NCBI GenBank assembly: GCA_963713045.1
Contig: CAVQKE010000005.1
Coordinates: 192,001-256,000 of the forward strand
Length of the DNA: 64,000 nt
Source: an uncultured delta proteobacterium
GTDB lineage: Bacteria; Myxococcota; Myxococcia; Myxococcales; Myxococcaceae
Reading direction: 5' to 3'
The notes beneath the pieces were generated by a model. It did not search any database and was not told the origin of the DNA. It worked only from the letters and a program-made list of their open reading frames with translations. This document shows, piece after piece, positions 57,016 through 64,000 of this stretch (position 1 is its first letter; each line of letters starts with the position of its first letter). A program made the translations under genes and the position numbers.

Positions 57016-58062
57016 CACCGCTTCGTCTCCTTCTCGAGCGCCTCGAGCCGAGACCGCAACGTCCGGACTTCCCGGCATCAACTCCGCCAGCCGCGGCAGC
57101 GCCACCGACTGGCGCAGCCACGTCCAGTGGTCCACCGCGGGCGAGCCGGCGACGGTGGCGCCCTGGGGCACGTCGTGGGCCAGGCCGCTCTGGGCCTGCA
57201 CCCGGGCGCCGTCCCCAATGTGGATGTGGCCCACCACCCCCACTTGGCCAGCCAGCACCACGCCGCTGCCGACGTCGACTGAACCGGAAATCCCCACCTG
57301 CGCGCACAGCAGCGAGAGCGGCCCCACCCGGACGTTGTGCGCGATTTGCACCAGGTTGTCGATTTTTGTCCCCCGGCCGATTACGGTTTCTCCGGTGGTG
57401 GCGCGGTCAATGCAGCTGGCCGCCCCCACCTCGACGTCATCCTCAATGCGGACGATGCCGGCCTGGGGCACTTTGACGTGGGCCCGTGCTTCGGCGTCGA
57501 AGGCGAAGCCAAAGCCGTCTGCCCCCACCACCGCCGAGGCGTGCAGCACCACCCGCTCCCCCACCACACAGCCTTCCCGGACGGTGACGTTGGGGTACAG
57601 CACTGAGTCGCGGCCGATGCGGGCTTTGGCACCGACGTACGCCCCGGGGTACAGCACCGCGCCCTCGGCCACCTCGGCCTCGGCCTCCACCGTGGCCAGG
57701 GCCATCACACAGGCCCCGGGGTGCACCCGGGCCGCCGGATGGACGTTGGCGTTCGGGCTGATGCCTGCGGGAGGCCGGGCCTCGGGATGAAACAGCGCGG
57801 AAATGCGGGCGTAGGCCAGGTGGGGATTGGGCACCTGGACCAGCGCCAAGTCGGCCCGAGGCGAGTCCTCCCCAAGCGGCACCAGCACCGCGCGGGCCTT
57901 GGTGGCTTGGAGGGCCTCCCGGTAGCGGTGGCTGGCGTAGAAGGAGAGGTCGGCCGGGCCAGCCTCGGCCAGCCCTCCCACGCCGTGGATGAGGAGCGAG
58001 CCGTCGCCCCGAAGCCTTCCGCCGACGTGGGCGACGAGCTCGGCCAGTGGCCGCGCGGCCAT
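57015..58062 (-). CDS. lpxD: UDP-3-O-acyl-glucosamine N-acyltransferase, with an apparent 1-bp insertion at ~57074
   Basis: [28 protein letters not shown]; removing one C restores [19 protein letters not shown] with a TGATG overlap on fabZ. Confidence 0.92.
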
Positions 58063-58085
58063 GGGGGAGTCCCCTCGCCCCTAAC

Positions 58086-58682
58086 CTACTTGGGCGTCGC
58101 GGGGCTGGTGGTGGCGGTGGTCGACTTCTTGGCCGGGGTGCTGGTGGCAGTGCCCCCCGCCTTGCTCTTCTCGTTGAACTGGCGAATCAACTCGTTGGTG
58201 ATGTCCAAGCTGGCGGGGGCGTAGAGCAGTCCGGAGTCCGTCTTTTCAAACACCATGGTGAAGCCGTCGCGCTGAGCGATTCCCTGAATAATCGGCTGCA
58301 TCTTGCCGAGGATGCCGCTCAACGTCTCGCGCTCGGTCTGCGCCAACTCGGCGCGGCCCTTCTCGAAGCGCTGCTGCAAGTCGTACAGCTTCTTCTGCAG
58401 CTCCGTGCCCTGCTGGGTGCGGGCGGCATCGGTCATCGTCGCCATCTGCTTCTCGAAGGTTTCCTTCTCCTTCTTGAGGACTTCCTGCTCCTTGTCGATT
58501 TCCTTCTGCTTGGCGTCGCGCATCTGCTCCAGCTTCGCCTTGGCGGCCTTACCTTCGTCCACCTCGGCGAAGGCGCGCTGCAAGTCGACGTAGGCAATCT
58601 TCAGTTCGGCAGCGTGAGCGATGCCAGGGGCCAGAAGGGACAGGCCGGCCAACAGGGCCACGAGCATTTGACGAGACGGCAT
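58086..58682 (-). CDS. skp: Periplasmic chaperone Skp/OmpH
   Basis: Signal peptide AHA-A, KIAYVD, coiled coil, LDITNELI; between bamA and lpxD. Confidence 0.92.
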   Translation of the reverse strand: MPSRQMLVALLAGLSLLAPGIAHAAELKIAYVDLQRAFAEVDEGKAAKAKLEQMRDAKQKEIDKEQEVLKKEKETFEKQMATMTDAARTQQGTELQKKLYDLQQRFEKGRAELAQTERETLSGILGKMQPIIQGIAQRDGFTMVFEKTDSGLLYAPASLDITNELIRQFNEKSKAGGTATSTPAKKSTTATTSPATPK

Positions 58683-58797
58683 GGGGATGTGAGCTCCGAT
58701 GTGAGGAATGCCGGGGAGACTTGCCGCCTGGGCCCCGCTTGGCAGCGTGGGCGGGCAACGGAGGGTCCCGGCGGACGGCCTCCAAAAAAGTCCGCGC

Positions 58798-58827
58798 ACA
58801 CTAGAGGCGCCCCCCGTGCGCCGTCAA
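58798..58827 (-). promoter_or_regulatory. Putative sigma70 promoter for skp-lpxD-fabZ-lpxA-lpxI
   Basis: TTGACG-18 bp-TAGTGT in the bamA-skp intergenic region. Confidence 0.5.
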
Positions 58828-58951
58828 GAGAGACACCGGGACCGGTCGCTCGCAGGGAAGATGTCCGCCGCAGAAGCGCTGAAAGATGTCCGCTCCAGGA
58901 GCCCCGAAGCTTCCAGCTGGGGGCCGAGCGCCTCCCTCGGGAGGCCGTCCG

Positions 58952-61486
58952 CTAGAAGCTGTTGCCGATGGTGAATTCGAAGAGGGGGCTCTGGTCCCCG
59001 GGGCGCGGGGTGAGCGGGATGCCCCACTCGAAGCGCAGCGGGCCGACCGGCGAAAACCAGCGGACGCCGAAGCCGGTGGCCAGAAACAGCCCCAACGGCA
59101 GGTTGTACTGTCGGTCTTGGAAGAAGTTGGCGTCCACCGCGAAGACGTTGCCGGCGTCGAAGAAGATGACGCCGCGGACGCCGGCCTTGGGGATGATGGG
59201 GATTTCCAATTCGAAGTTGGCGAGGAATTCCTTGTTCCCACCGACGGTGAAGCGGCCGGCGAGGAAGTCTCCCCGCGCCAGCGTGCCCACCAGCAACGTC
59301 GGCGAGATGCTGTTGAGGGTGTAGCCCCGCAGGGTGGTGATGCCGCCGAGGAGGTACTGCTCCGAGATGGGTAGGGGATTGTCGGGGTTCAGCTCGGCGA
59401 TGTAGCCGACGGTGAATTGCGTCTTGAAGATGAGCCCCAACAGCGGCAGTGGCACGTAAAAGCGCGTGTAGGCCTGTAGCCGCAGGAAGTTGAAGTCCCC
59501 CCCGAGAAACTTGGGTGCCACCTCGGCCGAGCCGAACAGCAAGAGGCCCTTGGTGGGGTAGAGCCGGTTGTCCCGCCGGTCGTAGGTCAGGGCCAGGCGC
59601 ACCGAGCTGGTGGTCCCGGACTTGAAGCGGTTGGCCGGGGAGGGAATGGCGCCGGAGGTGGGGATGGTGCCGCCGTTGATGCCCGAGCCGCCGGGAATGG
59701 CCGACACCCCCTCCAGGGTGTAGGTGAGAGCCGCCGTCAGGTCGTCAAGCAGGTGGTAGCCCCAGCCGACGGCTCCGCCAATCGACTGCCGAGTGAAGTC
59801 ATAGGAGTCAATCTGCGTGCGAAACAGGTCCAGGGTGAAGATGAAGTCCGAGTCGAGGAAGTAGGGCTCGAAGAAGGAGGCGGTGAAGAGTTGGCGGAGG
59901 CCTGAGACCTGTGCCGACAGCGAAGCGGTGTTGCCCCACCCGAGGAAGTTGGCCTGGCTCACCTGTGCGGTGAAGATGAAGCTCTCCACGCTGGAGAAGC
60001 CGGCGCCCACCTGGAAGGTGCCGGTGGCCTTCTCCTTGACTTCCACCGTCACCGCCACGTGGCTGTCGTCGCTGCCCGGCTTGAAGTTGATTTCGACCGT
60101 CTCGAAGTAGCCCAAGGCGGTGATGCGCTCCTTGCTGACGCGCATCCCGGAGCCCCGGAAAAGCTCGCCCTCGTAAATGCGCATCTCCCGGCGGATGACG
60201 CGGTCCCGCGTCTTGGTGTTGCCGACGATGCTGATGCTCTCGATGAGTTGCGGCTTGCCCTTCTGCACGGTGAAGGTGACCGCCACCGTCTTGGCCACCG
60301 GGTCGACCACAGTCTCCGGACTCCAGTTGGCGTAGGCGTAGCCTAAGTCCTGGTACATCTCGGAGAGCGCCTGGTCATCGTGAATGATGAATTGGCGGCT
60401 GAAGTACTGGCCCTCTCGACTGTAGACTTGAAGGCGCAGCTCCTCCTTCGGAAAAATGAGGTCGCCGGCGAAGTCGATTTTGGAGATGCGGTACGGGTCG
60501 CCCTCCTCAATTCGGATGTCGATGAAGATGTATTTCTTGTCCGGAGAGAGGGAGACGGAGGGCTTCTCGACTTTCACCTGGAGGTAGCCCCGGTCGTAGT
60601 AGGCGGCCTCGATGACTGCCAAGTCTCGTTGGAAAAGCTCCTCCCGGTAGGTGCCTTCCTGGGTGATGAAGGAGAGGTAGTTGCCTTCATGGGTGGCCAT
60701 CTCCGCCTTCAAGGTTTCGGGCGAGACTTTGATGGCGCCGATGAGGCTGATGGACTTCACCATCACCTTGGCATGCTCATTGATGACGAAGACCACATCC
60801 ACCTGCTCGGCAGCCGAAGTGACGGGCGCCAGGTTGGCGCTCGGCTTGGAGTGTGCGGCCTCCTTGGCCTTGGCCGCCGCACTGGCCAGCACCGGGTCGA
60901 CTCGGTAGGTCACCTCCGCCAGGAAGAAGCCCTTTTCCAGATACTTGGCTTGAATTTTCTTCGCGTTGCGGCGGACGGCGTCCATGTCGAGGATGGAGAA
61001 CCGCTTGATGTCGATGTCGTCCTTGAAGTCGTCTTTGCTGAGTTCCTCGTTGCCCTCCAGCTTCACCTCGCGCACCGAGGGCCTTTCAATGACGCGGATG
61101 ATGTAGGCCAAGCCTCCCTGGGGCAGCACCTGGGTCAGCAGTTGGATGTCGGCAAAGTAGCCGAGCGCCCACAGGCCCTGGAGGTCGGCGGCGGTGAGGG
61201 CCGGGTCGAAGCGGCTACCCACCCGGTTTTTCAGCGCCCGAATGACGGCCGCCGGCTCAACCCGCTGGTTTCCCTCGACGCGAATCTCGCTGATGGTGTC
61301 CGAGCCGGAGGCGGACGGCGTGTCCGACGTCGCACGCTGCCCCTGCGCCGCTGAGGCTGTGCTCAAGAGGGCGGCGGCCAGGTACAGCGCGGCGGTCGTC
61401 GACGAACGGGCGGAAACGGTGAACCTCGATGCGCGGGGTTCCAGCAGGGGGCGCGCACTGTAGGGGAGCCCCGCTGCGCCGGACAA
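58952..61486 (-). CDS. bamA: Outer membrane protein assembly factor BamA (start uncertain, 61447-61513)
   Basis: POTRA repeats (GNQRVE, GNTKTRDRVIRRE), LRGY lid motif, WFSPVGPL, C-terminal FTIGNSF. Confidence 0.95.
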   Translation of the reverse strand: MSGAAGLPYSARPLLEPRASRFTVSARSSTTAALYLAAALLSTASAAQGQRATSDTPSASGSDTISEIRVEGNQRVEPAAVIRALKNRVGSRFDPALTAADLQGLWALGYFADIQLLTQVLPQGGLAYIIRVIERPSVREVKLEGNEELSKDDFKDDIDIKRFSILDMDAVRRNAKKIQAKYLEKGFFLAEVTYRVDPVLASAAAKAKEAAHSKPSANLAPVTSAAEQVDVVFVINEHAKVMVKSISLIGAIKVSPETLKAEMATHEGNYLSFITQEGTYREELFQRDLAVIEAAYYDRGYLQVKVEKPSVSLSPDKKYIFIDIRIEEGDPYRISKIDFAGDLIFPKEELRLQVYSREGQYFSRQFIIHDDQALSEMYQDLGYAYANWSPETVVDPVAKTVAVTFTVQKGKPQLIESISIVGNTKTRDRVIRREMRIYEGELFRGSGMRVSKERITALGYFETVEINFKPGSDDSHVAVTVEVKEKATGTFQVGAGFSSVESFIFTAQVSQANFLGWGNTASLSAQVSGLRQLFTASFFEPYFLDSDFIFTLDLFRTQIDSYDFTRQSIGGAVGWGYHLLDDLTAALTYTLEGVSAIPGGSGINGGTIPTSGAIPSPANRFKSGTTSSVRLALTYDRRDNRLYPTKGLLLFGSAEVAPKFLGGDFNFLRLQAYTRFYVPLPLLGLIFKTQFTVGYIAELNPDNPLPISEQYLLGGITTLRGYTLNSISPTLLVGTLARGDFLAGRFTVGGNKEFLANFELEIPIIPKAGVRGVIFFDAGNVFAVDANFFQDRQYNLPLGLFLATGFGVRWFSPVGPLRFEWGIPLTPRPGDQSPLFEFTIGNSF

Positions 61487-61509
61487 TGGGAAAACCCGCG
61501 CTCCGCCAC

Positions 61510-62184
61510 TCACGCCGGCAGAACCTTCTCCGCTTGAAGACGCAGCCGCCGTGGCATGGAACGGGCGAGCGCTTCGTTGTGGGTGACCACCACCATGGTG
61601 AGGCCCAAGTCTCGGTTCACCTCGCGGAGCAGCTGGTGAATGCCCTCCCCTGTCGCCGGGTCGAGGTTGCCCGTCGGCTCGTCCGCCAGCAGCAGTGCCG
61701 GCTGCAAGACGAGCGCCCGGGCGAGCGCCACGCGTTGCGCCTCGCCGCCGGACAACTCCCCGGGCCGGTGTTCCAGCCGCGCGCCGAGGCCAACCCGTTC
61801 CAGCAGCGCGCGCGCCTGGCGCAACGCCGCCGTGCGGTCCACCCGCTGCACCAGCGCTGGCATGGCGACGTTTTCCAGGGCGGTGAATTCCGGGAGGAGG
61901 AAGTGGCTCTGGAAGACGAAGCCAATGGTGCGGTTGCGAAAGCGGGCCACCGCCGCGTCGCTCAACTCGAAAACGCTTGTTCCGTCGAAGCGGAGCGAGC
62001 CGGCCACCGGCGCGTCCAACGTGCCGAGGACGTGCAGGAAGGTGCTCTTCCCCGCCCCGGAGGCGCCCACCAGGCTCACCAACTCGCCACTCTCGATGTC
62101 CAGCGAGACGCCGCTCAGCACGTCGATGCGCTTGCCGTGCAGCCAATAACTCTTGAAGACGTCCCGAATTTCGACCAGTGCCAT
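61510..62184 (-). CDS. lolD: Lipoprotein-releasing ABC ATPase LolD
   Basis: [45 protein letters not shown]. Confidence 0.9.
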   Translation of the reverse strand: MALVEIRDVFKSYWLHGKRIDVLSGVSLDIESGELVSLVGASGAGKSTFLHVLGTLDAPVAGSLRFDGTSVFELSDAAVARFRNRTIGFVFQSHFLLPEFTALENVAMPALVQRVDRTAALRQARALLERVGLGARLEHRPGELSGGEAQRVALARALVLQPALLLADEPTGNLDPATGEGIHQLLREVNRDLGLTMVVVTHNEALARSMPRRLRLQAEKVLPA

Positions 62185-62191
62185 GGGCGTC

Positions 62192-64000
62192 CTATTCCGC
62201 CTTCAGGCCTTCCACCGGCTCCACCTGCGACGCCCTGAGCGCGGGGAACACCGAGGCCAAATAGGACACCAGCACTGCGATGACGACGGCCAGCGCGGTC
62301 TGCAGCGGCTCCACTTTCACCGGCAGCGAGTGGATGTAATACACCTGGGGGTCCATCCGGAGCCCCACCTTCTCGATGAAGAAGCACCAGGCCAGGCCCG
62401 ACAGCAGCCCGAGGAGGCCGCCGGCCACGCCAATCTGCAGTCCCTCGGCCAGAAAAATCTTCACCACTCCGCTGTCCGGGACGCCGAGCGCCTTGAGGAC
62501 CGAAATCTCCTTGCGCTTCTCGAGCACCAGCATGGTGACGGTGGCCACAATCAGACCGGCGGCGACGATGACGATGATGGTCAGGATGATGCCCATCATC
62601 AGCTTCTCCAGCCGCAGCGCCGAGAAGAGGTTCCGGTTCATCTCCCCCCAGTCCTTGGTGCGGTAGGGGTAGCCGTCCAGCGCCTGGAGCGCGCTCCCGG
62701 CAATTCGCCGCGCGTCATCCACGTCGGCCACCTTCATCTCCACGCCGGTGGCACCCTTGACGTCGAGGAAACTCTGCGCCTCGCCGAGCGAGATGTACGC
62801 AAACTTCGAGTCATATTCGTACATCCCGGTGTAGAAGATGCCGGCCACGCGGAAGGCGCGCGCCCGCGGCAGCGGGCCGGTCGGCCCCATGCCTCCGCCC
62901 AACGGGGAAATGGCCGTCACCCGGTCGCCCACCAGCACCCTCAGCGAGGCGGCCAGCTCTCGTCCAAGCAGAATGCCCGGAAGCACCGGCTGCGCAGCGC
63001 CGGAGTGCTTCACCACCACGTCGTCCTCGTCCGAGTGAGGGCGAGTGGAGGGGCGCACCGGGATGGAAGCCGGGACGTCGAGGCCGGCGATGGAACCGCC
63101 GGGAAGCACATTGCGCGGCAAGTCGGTGACGCTGCCCACCGTCGCCGGGTCGATGCCCTTGAGGATGGTCCCGTCGACGTTGCCCTCCGAGGCAACCATC
63201 ACCTGTCCGAAGATGAAGGGCGTCACGCCGACCACCCCGCGCAGCCCCTCCACCTTCTTCATCACCTCGGCGTACTCCGGCATCGCCCCGTTGTCGGTGT
63301 ACTTGAGGACCACCACGTGCGCGTTGGTGCCGAGAATTTTGGTTTGCAGGTCCGCTTCGAAGCCGCTCATCACCGACAGGACGATGATGAGCGCCATCAC
63401 CCCCACCCCCACCCCGCCAACGCTGAGGGCGGTCATCATCGCCGTGGCGCTCTGCGCCTTCTCCGCCCGGGCCCGCTGCGCCGCGGCGGCCAACATCGGG
63501 TCCTTCAGGCCGAGGGCGCGGATGCGGGTGCGCTCCACCGCGGCGTCGGCCGCCCGAAGCACGGCCAGCACCAACAGCGGTGGGACGACGCCCAACAGCA
63601 GCACCAACAGCCCCCCCAGCAGCAGCCGCGGGCGAAACACCTGGACGTGGCGGGTGGCCACGAAAAGTTCAAAGCCGGTGCGCAAGTCCAGCGTGCCGCT
63701 GCCGCCGGCGACGAAGCCGGACAGAATGCCCAGCGCCAGCGCCACCACCAACAGGGTGAAGGTCAGCCAATAGGCAATTTCCGGCCGCCCGATGAGTTCC
63801 GCCAGGTAGGTGACTTCCCGCAGGCGGTAGCCCACCCACAGCGCGGCCCGTGGAAAGTTGGGCAACACCGTCAGCAGCAGTGGCAGCGGCGTCCCCAGGT
63901 AGAGCACGGCGATGGTGGCCTCGGGCGCCGCCAGCCGGCGGCCCCGGGCCGCGCCCAGCGCGCCGCATCCGAAGGCCACCAGTGCGGCGGCCAACAGCGA
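62192..64000 (-). CDS. Lipoprotein-releasing ABC permease LolC/E with N-terminal membrane extension (5' end outside window)
   Basis: [54 protein letters not shown]. Confidence 0.88.
   Translation of the reverse strand, partial: SLLAAALVAFGCGALGAARGRRLAAPEATIAVLYLGTPLPLLLTVLPNFPRAALWVGYRLREVTYLAELIGRPEIAYWLTFTLLVVALALGILSGFVAGGSGTLDLRTGFELFVATRHVQVFRPRLLLGGLLVLLLGVVPPLLVLAVLRAADAAVERTRIRALGLKDPMLAAAAQRARAEKAQSATAMMTALSVGGVGVGVMALIIVLSVMSGFEADLQTKILGTNAHVVVLKYTDNGAMPEYAEVMKKVEGLRGVVGVTPFIFGQVMVASEGNVDGTILKGIDPATVGSVTDLPRNVLPGGSIAGLDVPASIPVRPSTRPHSDEDDVVVKHSGAAQPVLPGILLGRELAASLRVLVGDRVTAISPLGGGMGPTGPLPRARAFRVAGIFYTGMYEYDSKFAYISLGEAQSFLDVKGATGVEMKVADVDDARRIAGSALQALDGYPYRTKDWGEMNRNLFSALRLEKLMMGIILTIIVIVAAGLIVATVTMLVLEKRKEISVLKALGVPDSGVVKIFLAEGLQIGVAGGLLGLLSGLAWCFFIEKVGLRMDPQVYYIHSLPVKVEPLQTALAVVIAVLVSYLASVFPALRASQVEPVEGLKAE

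Noticed and set aside
61514..62146. N-terminal extension of BamA (1064-aa ORF)
   Set aside because: Overlaps lolD in another frame; the signal peptide lies near 61420-61350

Overview
High-GC myxobacterial-type chromosome segment (inferred from the 16S sequence and gene content), almost all on the minus strand. From the left: a partial response regulator; aspS-recJ-secF-secD-yajC; an inserted lipoprotein gene; tgt-queA; a degenerate IS630; DoxX, SpoIID, an SDR and two tandem KamA-family radical SAM genes. Next is a ~17 kb carbohydrate block (aldose epimerase split by an IS2-group IS3 element, pgl, Shb17/Gpm2-like phosphatase, zwf, gnd, standalone DUF2090 aldolase-like gene, pgi, tal, pgm, glgP, DUF481 barrel, hydrolase, racemase). 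Then come a full rRNA operon (16S-tRNA-Ile-tRNA-Ala-23S-5S), gmk-yicC and a large LPS/outer-membrane cluster (GT9, split HldE halves, lpxK, two GT4, waaA, msbA, lpxB, GT2, marC, lpxI, lpxA, fabZ, lpxD, skp, bamA, lolD, lolC/E). Single-base indels in queA, waaA and lpxD break these genes; the waaA and lpxD indels also create false fusions in the ORF track. No CRISPR array, prophage or defence system was seen. The best candidates for undescribed biology are the DUF2090 plus bisphosphatase pair inside a glycogen/pentose-phosphate operon, an HldE-II/Trm112-like fusion, and the tandem aminomutase pair. All family assignments are from remembered motifs; no search was run.
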